Notes: a model not told the origin generated them from the sequence alone. 64,000 bases of DNA from Rickettsiaceae bacterium (GCA_045106635.1 JBGCEX010000022.1:5052-69051); one strand, 5' to 3'; shown: positions 31,983 through 42,147, counted from the stretch's first letter. Translations and numbers: made by a program.

Positions 31983-32546
31983 ATGAAAAATATCTTAACT
32001 TTTGTCCTATTATTATTTTTTAGCTTAAATGCTTTTGCAATAAGGGAATCTAGGCCAACACCAATTGACTCAAGAATTAGAGTAATGGTATATCACCCTA
32101 ATGATGTTTTTAAATTTACTGGCTATTATGGTTACCAAGCAAGCATTGAACTTGCTAATGGAGAAGAAGTTGTAAGTATTTCAATGGGTGACACAACTTC
32201 TTGGCAAATAGTTCCTTCTGGTTCTAGAATTTTTATAAAACCTATGGAGCAAGACGCTACAACAAATATGACCCTTATCACTAATAAACGAACTTATTTC
32301 TTTGAACTATATGCCCAAGAAACAACAGACATAAGAGACCCAGACATGGTGTTTAATGTCAAATTTTTATATCCAGATGAGGAAGAAGAAGATCATGTTA
32401 AAACCTTTTCTAGTGGAGCAGCCACTGGAATAGCTGAACCAGATCTTGAACATCCAGAAAATTTTAATTTTTATTACTCAATCAGTGGCAATGAAGAAGT
32501 TGCTCCAATTAAAATCTTTGATGATGGCGAGTTCACTTATATGTAA
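31983..32546 (+). CDS. virB9: type IV secretion protein VirB9 (rvh-type), truncated by an in-frame TAA
   Basis: Signal peptide MKNILTFVLLLFFSLNAFA. VirB9/TrbG N-terminal domain (RVMVYHPNDVFKFTG...GDTTSWQIVPSGSRIFIKP...TNMTLITNKRTYFFEL). Stops at 32544-32546 right after DDGEFTYM. Confidence 0.85.
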   Translation: MKNILTFVLLLFFSLNAFAIRESRPTPIDSRIRVMVYHPNDVFKFTGYYGYQASIELANGEEVVSISMGDTTSWQIVPSGSRIFIKPMEQDATTNMTLITNKRTYFFELYAQETTDIRDPDMVFNVKFLYPDEEEEDHVKTFSSGAATGIAEPDLEHPENFNFYYSISGNEEVAPIKIFDDGEFTYM

Positions 32547-32738
32547 TTCAGAGATAAAAATATGGAAATCCCAGCTATTTTTGCCGTAGACGAAGATCTT
32601 AGAGAATCAATGGTGAATTTCAAACTAGACCCAAGCAACAGCAATCTCATTATTATTGAACAAGTATTCAACAAACTTACCTTGCGTGCTGGTAAAAAAA
32701 TTGTATGTATTTTTAACGAAACTTTTAGACCTTTCTAG
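32547..32738 (+). pseudogene. VirB9 C-terminal-domain coding sequence, same frame, detached by the TAA
   Basis: 63 further open codons in the same frame (FRDKNMEIPAIFAVDEDLRESMVNFKLDPSNSNLIIIEQVFNKLTLRAGKKIVCIFNETFRPF). They match the usual VirB9 C-terminal pattern (PA.F.V..dg.e.lVN... L.LR.G....I.N). Possible restart ATG at 32562. Confidence 0.75.
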
Positions 32739-32873
32739 ATTTATAATCATTGCATTTATGTTAAAAAAATAAAGTCAATTATCACAAAGATCAGATTTAT
32801 ACTTTTGTAGATTCTAAAAAAACAGATTTTTTGTTTATCTATATTATTCAGAACTTTCCAAGCTTTTATTAAG

Positions 32874-33485
32874 TTAATTATATTGCAAAGGAAAGAAACC
32901 TATAATAGTAAAAACTATTACATATTGGGTTACAGTAGCAAAAAATGCGGCTACAACATCATCAATCATTACACCAAAAGCACCTTTAACATTACTATCA
33001 AACCAATTTATTGGCCAAGGTTTAAATATATCAAACACTCTAAACAACACAAATGGCACTAAAAATAAAAAGATAAAATCAGTATAAATTTCATCGATTT
33101 TTTGAGGTACAGCAGAACTATAAAGAAAAATAACAGAAAAAGAACTGAGAATTACAACTAACATCTGCCCTACTACTTCATCAATTACCACCTCTTTTGG
33201 ATCTTGCTCTTTCATATTTTTTATATATATACTTGTGAAATAAGTACCAACAATAAATAATACAAGAGTAGCAAAAATTTCAATCAAAAAGAGACTTAAA
33301 AATTGTTGCTCATTCTGATTACCCTCTACAATCTGAAAAACAAGTTGGTTTTTTATTGTAAAATTCATTATAATATAGCACAGAGGAAAAGCAACAAGAG
33401 ACCCAAAGGTACCAGGAGCAATTTTTATTTTGCCTATGTAACAAACAGTTACAAAGAATTCAGCGATTTTATGCATGTAATTCAT
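32874..33485 (-). CDS. pgpA: phosphatidylglycerophosphatase A
   Basis: PgpA motifs APGTFGSL and VIDEVVGQ in a polytopic membrane protein. Confidence 0.85.
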   Translation of the reverse strand: MNYMHKIAEFFVTVCYIGKIKIAPGTFGSLVAFPLCYIIMNFTIKNQLVFQIVEGNQNEQQFLSLFLIEIFATLVLFIVGTYFTSIYIKNMKEQDPKEVVIDEVVGQMLVVILSSFSVIFLYSSAVPQKIDEIYTDFIFLFLVPFVLFRVFDIFKPWPINWFDSNVKGAFGVMIDDVVAAFFATVTQYVIVFTIIGFFPLQYN

Positions 33486-33662
33486 TGTGATAATTTTTTA
33501 TAATGTTTTATGTATAGTTACAGTAATTTCAGAAAAAATCAAAAAGCAGTAGCAGTACGCTACTACAAAAAAAAGATAATGCGCCAAAAGTACTAGCATC
33601 AAAAAAAATCAATAAAGAGCAACAGACTACTACTTATATAAATAACTAACAAAGCAACCACC

Positions 33663-34150
33663 ATGATTCTAGATCCCGCTCTAATAAAACTAGTAGAAAA
33701 AATTAAAACAAAATCTTTAGAAAAAAATTATACCATCTCAGTAACTGAATCTTGTACTGGTGGACTACTTCTGGGTATCTTACTGCTATAGCTGGCGCAT
33801 CACATTATTTTGATACTAGCATAATCAGTTATTCAAATAAAGCAAAAATCAATATCTTGAAAATCCCAAAAAATATTTTAAATCTTTTTGGCGCTGTTTC
33901 AGAAGAAACTGCACAATCTATGGTAATTGGACTTAGTTCTATTGTAGATTCTAATATTATACTTTCAATAACTGGTATTGCAGGGCCTGATGGTGGCTCC
34001 AATCAAAAACCTGTTGGCACAGTGTGTTTTGGGCTATACGCTAATAAAATGCTTACATCTAACACATATCATTTTTCTGGAAATCGAGAAGAAATACGTC
34101 ACTTGGCATGTAAACAGGCATTATTACTTATTCTTAAAAATTTAGATTAG
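33663..34150 (+). pseudogene. pncC: CinA C-terminal domain / nicotinamide-nucleotide amidohydrolase, frameshifted
   Basis: ATG at 33663 opens MILDPALIKLVEKIKTKSLEKNYTISVTESCTGGLL and then hits a TAG at 33789-33791. The family continues in track ORF 33752..34150 (SGYLTAIAGASHYFDTSIISYSNKAK...GIAGPDGG). A one-base shift near 33768-33772 joins them. Confidence 0.8.
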
Positions 34151-34387
34151 ATAAGCCAAACTAAAAATAATAAAGTGAAAGAAATGCCTAGCCTATAATT
34201 ATTTGGACAAAAACAAAAAGTACATAACTTGCATCTTAGAAAGGCAAGTTATACACTAGACTGAGTCTTACTATCTACATTAAGCTATACCATATTGATA
34301 CAAAACCAATTGTAATTGATTCCATAATTCAAACTATAAGCTGTACAAATCAAAACTTAATACACACAGACCATTATTAAGTAGTAT

Positions 34388-35230
34388 TTAACGGGATAGA
34401 GAATCACTTTTTTGTCTTTTTGCCACTATATTTTGAGCTTGCTCACCGATACGTTCTCCTTTTGTTTTTTTACCAACTTCTGCACCAATACCTTTCGCCT
34501 GCTTACTAACCTCTTGAACCATTTTGACCATACCAGATTCAACTTTATTTAATTTTTCTTGGTTCTCTAAACTCATGCTTTTTCTACAAGATTTCGCTAT
34601 ACCATCAAGACCAATTGAGGTACATACATTTCCAATAAAGTTTAGTAGCTTATCTTTTAACGATTTTAGATTAGGAGCATCAACCTTGCCTTTATCATTA
34701 AATTCCAATGATTTATCCATATCTTGTTGAAATCTAGATGGACCATCAGAAACAATTTTACGAGTTGTATAAACTGCCTCTTCTACCATTTTAGCTTTTT
34801 TACCAGACACAAGATTTCCTATCTGATTAATAAACCCCCTATCCTCTTCCTTTTCTGCAACCAGTTTTGTTCCTGTTTGAACACGTTCCGTGGTTTCTAT
34901 TTTTTGTGGTTTGAGATAATCATCCATTTCCTTTTTAGTCATTAAATCATCCAAAACCATCTTATCCATAATTCCTTTAAAGGTCTTTTCAATTTCCTCT
35001 TTAGCAATTCCTTGGCCATCTTTGTGTCTATCAATCAGAGAGTCTATTGCTGGTATAATTGTTCCTTGTGCATACATTTTTGCATTAAGATCTGCGCCAC
35101 TCTCTGCTAAACCAGATGCCCCACCACGTTCTTCTGACTGCAGGGTTTCCACTTCTGCCTTAGCACCTCTAGCACGCCTTTCCTCCTGCTCTCTTAATTT
35201 TGTTGCTTTCTCAGCGAATTCTTTAGCCAT
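34388..35230 (-). CDS. hypothetical hydrophilic protein (orphan)
   Basis: 280 aa, charged and helical, with no signal peptide or TM and a basic C-terminus (KRQKSDSLSR). The 5' end is visibly more G+C-rich than its surroundings. Flanked by 237-bp and 321-bp noncoding gaps. Confidence 0.6.
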   Translation of the reverse strand: MAKEFAEKATKLREQEERRARGAKAEVETLQSEERGGASGLAESGADLNAKMYAQGTIIPAIDSLIDRHKDGQGIAKEEIEKTFKGIMDKMVLDDLMTKKEMDDYLKPQKIETTERVQTGTKLVAEKEEDRGFINQIGNLVSGKKAKMVEEAVYTTRKIVSDGPSRFQQDMDKSLEFNDKGKVDAPNLKSLKDKLLNFIGNVCTSIGLDGIAKSCRKSMSLENQEKLNKVESGMVKMVQEVSKQAKGIGAEVGKKTKGERIGEQAQNIVAKRQKSDSLSR

Positions 35231-35551
35231 AAATCACCTCAGTTTATTACATTAGCAACTTAGAACTTTCAATTGCAATCCCAAGTATAATTTCATTTTA
35301 TACTATACTGACAACAATTCCAAACATAGTAATTACTATGTTAATATAAAAATAGTTAAACTATGCTAAAATGCCCTAATGAGATTTAAATTACATTTAC
35401 GTATCTATTCTCTAACGTATAATGTTCTGGTTAACTAACCAAAACATCTGATCCAAACACACTATTAACAATAGTTAAAACAGCTTCTAACATTTTTTTG
35501 TTCTTTCCAATAAAATTCTAGGTAAATCTATAGGCTAGTTACCCACTAAAG

Positions 35552-36067
35552 CTAAGTTAGTGGTAATGTAAACTTAAAAACAGTACCATTTTTACTGTCA
35601 CTTTTTGCTGAAGTTGTGCCATTATGAGCCTGAATAACAAGTTTACATAAAGCAAGCCCTAACCCAACTTGGCCATTAGGTATATCACCAGATTTAGTAC
35701 GAGTCACTGATCCAACAGTAAAAGGATCAAATATACTCAATAACTCTTCTTTTGGAATCCCAAGACCTCTATCAGTTATAGTAAACTCAACCTCTGAATC
35801 AGAGCTCTTTAGCCTTATAATTATAAGGCCTGATTTTCTATCATGACCATATTTTATAGCATTAATAATTAAATTATCCAAAGTTGATGTTATATAATAT
35901 GCATCGCACTTAACATTTATATTATTGTTACCTTGAATACTAAATATCAAATCATCATTCTCTAAATATAATCGTTTACAATGTTCTAAACGACTATATA
36001 CTAGTTCACTTAAATTTACTTCAGTTCTATTTAATTGATAAGTCAGTGACTTGAGCTGAAACATCAA
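35552..36067 (-). pseudogene. fragment 4/4 of SSS-histidine kinase hybrid: HATPase_c domain
   Basis: N box NLIINAIKYG, G1 DRGLGIP, G2 GLGLALC. Overlaps the preceding fragment by 41 nt in another frame. Confidence 0.8.
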
Positions 36068-36785
36068 TCAAGCTGTTAACGAGCCTGAGCAACCTATTAG
36101 AACTCTTGGAAACCATACTTAAGCCTTCTCGCATTTGATCATCACTGAGTTTATCATAGTTACTTTCCATAAGCTCAGTCATAGAAACTATAGTAGAGAT
36201 TGGAGTATTTCCTTCATGTTCAAGATTAGCTAAAAATTCATATTTTAATTTCAAAGCTTTCTCCAACATCTCTTCTTGATCTTGTATTTTAAGATCTAAA
36301 TGTGCAGCCTTATCTTGTATTAGTTTTTCATATTCTTGCTTTGGTTTAAAAAATGCGATCAGCATACTAGTGACTAAAAGCATAGAATAAGTTATCTTAA
36401 ACTGCAAACTATCCATATTTTGCGGAAGAAAATTCACATCTGCATAAATCTTATAACACTCTATACTAATAATCGTTCCACCTATAATAATCAACATCGC
36501 AACTTGCCAACGCATTAAAATACCAACAACAACAAGACTAGCCATCAGCACAGTTAGTTGCATTTGGTCAAATTGACCTATAATAACCATTAAAGTACTA
36601 CTGAAAGCTAAATTATAAAAAACTGCTATATTCCATAAAACGGAAACAAATGTTTTATTTTTAAATTTATTTAACCATAACGGATAAATAACAAATGTAG
36701 TTGATAGAATTAATACTGAGTAATATATGGGATTCAGTATACCACTATTATTGTTCTTGCAAATATCTTGGTAATGAATAAGCAT
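36027..36785 (-). pseudogene. fragment 3/4: TM linker plus HisKA dimerisation/phosphoacceptor domain
   Basis: Hydrophobic helices, then a coiled coil and the H-box FLANLEHEGNTPIS. The frame breaks near 36057-36063, where the X-box should run into the ATPase domain. Confidence 0.8.
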
Positions 36786-37920
36786 TAGAAAATATTGCTA
36801 CTATACAAAACAATCCAAAATAAACAAAAATTCTTTCTTCATTTGGAGTATTATTTTGACAAAACTTGACTAAACTAAAATTTCTTATTGAACAAAGAAA
36901 GTTATTTCTCCGCTTCTTTTTTGCTAATATGAAAGCATCAAACTGCCCTTGATCTTGAATACCAACCCATCCTCCTTTTTCTCTAAGAATATAGTGACTC
37001 CCTATAAGAAATATTAGACTAACTAACGTTCCAGGAATGCCAGATATTATACTATATTCATTTGAAAAAAATTCAAAATAAACCACTGTACAAAAACCAG
37101 CAACCATACTAACTAACAAAGCTCTAGCACTAGTACGAAAACCAAAAATAGCTAATGTAAAAGGTAACGTTACAATTGGCATATAGAAACTATACACAGA
37201 TAAAAGTAACTCGAGTAAATTCTCAGCAAACAAACTGACCGACAACGCAACCATGCCAATAGCTAAAGAACAAAAGCGAGCTAATTGAAGTTGTTTTCTT
37301 TCTTTAATTTCAATTCCAAGAGCCTTAGGGAAATCATAAGAAATTAATACTGCCGAAGAATTAATATAAGAATCAGCGGTAGACATAACCATTGACATGA
37401 TACCGACAATAAAAATACCCTTGAATCCATAATTGAGGTAATGATCCATTATGTACTGAATTACGTTATCTGCATTAATATCTACAATAGCAGGGTCAGC
37501 TCGAAATAAAACTCCAATAACTGTGTGTACTAGAGCATCACAAACAAGAATAAAGAATATTGCTATCAAAAAAGATCTAGATACTTGAGCAGTATTTTTA
37601 GACATTGATATTCTTTGAAAAATAGCAGGATCTAAAAGAGGTATCATTAAAAACAAACATAGATATAATGTATCAATAATACCTTGTTTTTCTCCCTCTG
37701 AAATTACGTTATAATGAAATAGTGGATCTGTCATTACTGCGTTAATTATCAATTCATTATCACTAAATGATTTCCAAACCAGAAAAGCAACCATGGGGAT
37801 TACTACACCAAAAGTAAAAAACTGGATTAAATCAGTAAAAGTTACTGCTTTGATACCACCAAAAGAAGAATAAGTAATAATGATTAAGCTACTCACTGCA
37901 TCAGCATACAGCCCAGACAT
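36748..37920 (-). pseudogene. fragment 2/4: sodium:solute symporter (SSS) domain, central and C-terminal helices
   Basis: 390-aa polytopic ORF continuing the SSS fold (SSFGGIKAVTFTDLIQFF). Overlaps its neighbours by 28 and 38 nt in different frames. Confidence 0.8.
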
Positions 37921-38363
37921 TCCAAGCCATAAATTAATATGGTTTGCAAGACTACAAATTGCATAGCAACTCTACCTATAGCGGGAATCGTGCTAAATAT
38001 AGCAATTATAGCTCGGACATATCCACTTTGATATACACCATGCATTGCATCAGCGACTGATAATTTTCCTAAGAACTCTCCCATACGAGGAGCATAGAAA
38101 TAGGCAATAAACCAAAAAGAAACCGCTTCTGCTAAACTGCATATAAGAAATAAAATACCTTGCTTATGGGTTTCAGCTATCGTTATACTGAGGTTAGAAC
38201 CACCAATCCAAGTTGCAGCAATAGTTGCAACAATAGTAGAAGTAGCAAAACTCCTTCCCCCAAGAGCGTAACCTTTAATATTCTTTATACCAAGACCCGA
38301 AAAAAGACCAAATGTTAAATTAGCAATCAAAAATGCCATAACTATAAATAAATCTAAAGACAT
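37893..38363 (-). pseudogene. fragment 1/4: sodium:solute symporter domain, N-terminal helices
   Basis: YALGGRSFATSTIVATIAATWIGG is the typical SSS-family N-terminal signature. Confidence 0.8.
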
Positions 38364-38546
38364 AACCTTAATTGAACCTCATATTATGTTAGTTTTATGC
38401 TTATATGTGATTATAGCTTAAGTAAAAATAGGAGCGCAACTATAAATTTAAAAAAATATAGCTATTATAAACCTAATAGATAACAAGTTAACTATTGATA
38501 ATACCTAGCTAACAAAATGTCAGAGAACTAGAATAATAGCCAAGTC

Positions 38547-39296
38547 CTAACTCATATTATATCCACCATTAATAGATAAAGTTTCACCAGTAATAAACCC
38601 TGATTTATCATCAATAAGGAACATAACAGCCCTTGCTACTTCTTCTGGCGAACCAAGTCTTTTCATTGGCGTGGAATTAATAATTGTTTCTAGAATTGCA
38701 CTTGGTACGTTTTTCATCATATCTGTATCAATATAACCAGGAGCTACGCAATTCACCGTAATACCTTTGGTAGCAGACTCCCTAGCTAAAGCTTTGGTAA
38801 AACCTATAATACCAGCTTTAGACGCACTATAATTAGTTTGTCCAATTTGTCCAGCTTGTGCATTTATAGAGCTGATGCTAATTATCCTACCAAACTGATT
38901 ATTCCTCATATTATCAATAACTGATCTGCACATATTAAAGCAAGAAGATAAATTGACATCTATTAATTGACGCCATTGTAACAACTCCATTTTATGCATC
39001 ATGGAATCTCTTGTAATACCAGCATTATTAATTAAAACAGATACATGTTTGCCAAAATCTTGTTCAATTTTTGCAATATTCTTTTTACATTCTTCAAAAT
39101 CGGATACATTCCAAGAAATAGTTTTAATTCCATATTTTGCAGAAAACTCTTCCGCAAATTTATGATTTTGCTCATAATTTGCTACAACATCATATCCTTG
39201 CTCTCTTAAGGCGACAGAAATTGCCGCTCCAATACCTCTTATTCCACCAGTTATAACAGCTAATTTAGACATATTCCCTCTTATTTTAAATATCAT
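38547..39296 (-). CDS. phbB: acetoacetyl-CoA reductase (SDR family)
   Basis: TGGIRGIG cofactor motif, NNAG, catalytic YSASK. Likely start MSKLAVITGG at about 39272. Confidence 0.88.
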   Translation of the reverse strand: MIFKIRGNMSKLAVITGGIRGIGAAISVALREQGYDVVANYEQNHKFAEEFSAKYGIKTISWNVSDFEECKKNIAKIEQDFGKHVSVLINNAGITRDSMMHKMELLQWRQLIDVNLSSCFNMCRSVIDNMRNNQFGRIISISSINAQAGQIGQTNYSASKAGIIGFTKALARESATKGITVNCVAPGYIDTDMMKNVPSAILETIINSTPMKRLGSPEEVARAVMFLIDDKSGFITGETLSINGGYNMS

Positions 39297-39501
39297 TGAT
39301 TGTAATTTGCACTAAGTAATACAATTATTCAAGTCGTTTTATGATTATTTAGATGTAGTGATTTATAATTTTAAAAAAATTTGTTAACATTGCACTAGAC
39401 ATTTAGAATTGTAGATACTAATTAATAGCTATCTGGGTTATGTACAAAATACATTAATCATCCTATATATATTATAAAAGCACATTTTCAAGAAAAATCA
39501 G

Positions 39502-40656
39502 TTGGTATGCTTCATGATACAAAACTTACTTGTTACTATTTTTTTAGTATTATTTTTATTGCATAATGCTTATGCAAACATGATAAGGGACTCAGAAATT
39601 GAAGAAACTATTAACTTGGTTATCGCCCCTCTAAAAAAAGCTTCTGGAGTGCAAGATCTAAAAATCTTTATTATCAATGATGAAACTCCTAATGCTTTTA
39701 CCATAGGTGGATCAGTAATTTTTATTCATAGTGGTCTAATAACAAAATTTCCTGATCCTGATGTATTACGTGGCGTAGTAGCTCATGAACTTGGCCATAT
39801 AGTTGGGCAACATATTAGTCGCCGACAAGAAACAATAGATAATTACACGCTCCTTGCCATGGGTAGTGCAGCAATAGGTCTTGCAACTGCTATTAGCACT
39901 GGCCCCTCTGGAATTGCAATTATGTTAGCAGGAAACCATGTTGCTGAAAGATCAGTACAAGCTTATTCCAGAGCATTTGAGTCTAGCGCTGATCAAATGG
40001 CTTTGAAATTGCTTGAAAAATCTCATCATAGTAGCATAGGTATGATAAAATTCTTTGAAGAAACTCAAATTAACTCGAAGAGAAATTTAATAAATCCTTA
40101 TGAACAAACACATCCATTAAGTCAAGATAGGTTACTCATTTTAAAAAACTACAACAAAAGATCAAAATTTGCTACAAGCCAAAACACCAAAGAGCTACTA
40201 TATAAATTTCATAGAACTTCTGTTAAATTAGCTGCTTACACTACCGCACTAAGCAAATTGCCAGAATTGCATTCTAAAAAAAATATAGATGAATTTACTC
40301 ATTATATGAAAGCTATTGAATATTTCAAAGTTGGTAATTTCAACAATGCTTTGAATCACTTTAATAGATTACTTATAACACACCCCAAAGATCCTTACTA
40401 CCATGAACTAAAAGCACAGATATTATTTGAAGCTGGCAAAAGTAATGCGTTGACAGAATATAATATTGCTTGTGAAATAAAAACAAACGACCCTTTAATG
40501 TTACTTGGCAGAGCTATAGTAGGAATTACCACATATAATAATGAACCACCTAAACTAACTGAATTTTATAAAGACTTGCTAATTGTAATTAAAAAAGAAC
40601 CGGATAATTTGTTAGCACTATATTACATGGCTATTTACTATGAAAAAAAGGTCTAA
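39502..40656 (+). CDS. M48-family metallopeptidase with TPR region (BepA/YfgC-like); C-terminus displaced by a frameshift in an A7 run
   Basis: Signal peptide (likely start is the ATG at 39514), HELGH zinc motif, TPR-like C-terminal half. The ORF ends at 40654-40656, but 53 more protein-like codons continue in another frame to 40808. Confidence 0.8.
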   Translation: MVCFMIQNLLVTIFLVLFLLHNAYANMIRDSEIEETINLVIAPLKKASGVQDLKIFIINDETPNAFTIGGSVIFIHSGLITKFPDPDVLRGVVAHELGHIVGQHISRRQETIDNYTLLAMGSAAIGLATAISTGPSGIAIMLAGNHVAERSVQAYSRAFESSADQMALKLLEKSHHSSIGMIKFFEETQINSKRNLINPYEQTHPLSQDRLLILKNYNKRSKFATSQNTKELLYKFHRTSVKLAAYTTALSKLPELHSKKNIDEFTHYMKAIEYFKVGNFNNALNHFNRLLITHPKDPYYHELKAQILFEAGKSNALTEYNIACEIKTNDPLMLLGRAIVGITTYNNEPPKLTEFYKDLLIVIKKEPDNLLALYYMAIYYEKKV

Positions 40657-40891
40657 AAGCTAAGAGTTACCTCAATTCAGCTATTATCGCTCATAAATCT
40701 GGAAATAGAAAAAATGCTAAAAATCTTGCTACTGCTGCTCTAAAAGAGCTAAAAGAGAAATCACCTGATTGGTATAAAGCAAACGATATTATCGCAGCAA
40801 ATAAATAATATTTGAATGTTATTTATTACTCAACAAGCTATTTTGTTTTGCAAAAACTGTTATTATCTAGTAATCATAACATGTTTACATT

Positions 40892-41854
40892 TTGCAACTC
40901 AAAACATTTAATAAATTTATGCAAAAAATCTTTAACTCCGTATTACTTATAATTTTTCTTGTCCTAGTAAGCTTACTTGCTTACAAAACACTTAAAACCC
41001 CTGAGGTTTCAACAATTTCCGTTACTAATACATCACCTACTGATGGCAACAAATCAACTCCTGAGGGTAAAGAATTAAAGTTTAATGAAGATGAATTTAA
41101 TAGAAAAATTCATGACTATATCTTAAATAATCCTGAAGTTCTTATTGACTCTATTGAAAACCTACAAAGAAAGAAAATGGAAGGTTCTAATAAGAAGGTG
41201 GCTAATTATTTGTTAGAAAACAAATCTACTATTGAAGACGAAGGAACGCCCCCTACTTTAGGCAATAAAGACAGCGATATAACTATAGTCGTTTTTTACG
41301 ATTATAACTGCTCTTTTTGTAAACAAGCAAATAAAATTACTAATGAACTCTTAGCAAATGACCAAAGAATAAGAATTGTCCTTCGCCCTATACCAATATT
41401 AGGTGGAACTTCTATGTACGCAACTAAAATAGCCCTAGCTGTTCACAAAATATCAGAAGAGAAATTCCCCCTTATTCATAATGAAATGATAAAAATGAAA
41501 CCTATTACTGAAGAAGGGGTAAAAGCGTTATTAATTGCTCATAATATTGACTATAAAATAGTTGATAACGAGCTTAATAGTTTTTCAATAAAACAACTAA
41601 TATCGAAAAATTTTGATCTTGCTAAAAGTCTTGGTATAAAAGGTGCACCATCCTATGTGGTTAATGGAATATTTATACCTGGGTTAATTGATAAACAAAG
41701 ATTCACTGCTATTATTACAGAACTTAGACAACTCGAGGCTCAAGCCAAAAATGCAGAAACACAAGAATTAGACAGCGATCCAAACGCTTCTAAAAATCAA
41801 AACAGCAACGATTCTAATAAGAATGAAGAGGAATCAGAACAAATTACTAACTAA
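40892..41854 (+). CDS. DsbA-family thiol:disulfide oxidoreductase
   Basis: N-terminal TM/signal, thioredoxin fold with CSFC active site, low-complexity N/E/S-rich tail. Likely start is the ATG at 40919. Confidence 0.8.
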   Translation: MQLKTFNKFMQKIFNSVLLIIFLVLVSLLAYKTLKTPEVSTISVTNTSPTDGNKSTPEGKELKFNEDEFNRKIHDYILNNPEVLIDSIENLQRKKMEGSNKKVANYLLENKSTIEDEGTPPTLGNKDSDITIVVFYDYNCSFCKQANKITNELLANDQRIRIVLRPIPILGGTSMYATKIALAVHKISEEKFPLIHNEMIKMKPITEEGVKALLIAHNIDYKIVDNELNSFSIKQLISKNFDLAKSLGIKGAPSYVVNGIFIPGLIDKQRFTAIITELRQLEAQAKNAETQELDSDPNASKNQNSNDSNKNEEESEQITN

Positions 41855-41874
41855 ACTCAACTAATCAAACTTTA

Positions 41875-41910
41875 AGTGTAAGGCTATTACTTTGACAGCC
41901 TTACACTTTA
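41875..41910 (+). terminator. stem-loop downstream of the DsbA-like gene
   Basis: Perfect 11-bp inverted repeat agtgtaaggct / agccttacact with an 11-nt loop, followed by only a short T tract (ttta). Confidence 0.5.
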
Positions 41911-42101
41911 TAAAGATAGAACTTGTAACATCATATTTATCTATTGTAATATACTTACACATATTGATTATTCCTTTAGATTTTTGTTGTTAATAGCAAA
42001 CAATCTACCTAGGATTTGATAAGCTCTCAACACTTTTTCTACATTATCTATTCTCCATATTTTGGGCTATATTACAAAGTTATTTTACCTAAGGTTTGAA
42101 C

Positions 42102-42129
42102 TTGACAAATATATATATTTTTATAGAAT
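42102..42129 (+). promoter_or_regulatory. candidate promoter for tRNA-Ile
   Basis: TTGACA (42102-42107), 16-nt spacer, TAGAAT (42124-42129), ending 18 nt upstream of the tRNA 5' end. Confidence 0.4.
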
Positions 42130-42147
42130 GAGTTCACCCATTTATAT

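Noticed and set aside
2005-32546. Idea that in-frame TAA/TAG codons (virB9, region 1987-2256) reflect stop-codon reassignment
   Set aside because: TAA, TAG and TGA all terminate well-supported housekeeping genes at the expected lengths throughout the window.
32808-32822. 15-nt sequence tagattctaaaaaaa shared with 42330..42344
   Set aside because: It is dominated by an A-run, so a single short match of this kind is expected by chance in AT-rich DNA. The flanks do not align.
34524-35255. Three plus-strand ORFs (68, 73 and 77 aa) opposite the 280-aa orphan gene
   Set aside because: They are short and mutually frame-shifted with hydrophobic junk translations. The single long minus-strand ORF with a protein-like sequence is the better model, although the orphan gene itself is unverified.
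35325-35340. Perfect 16-bp palindrome catagtaattactatg upstream of the orphan gene (possible operator)
   Set aside because: About one or more such AT-rich palindromes are expected by chance in 64 kb. There is no second copy and no associated regulator.
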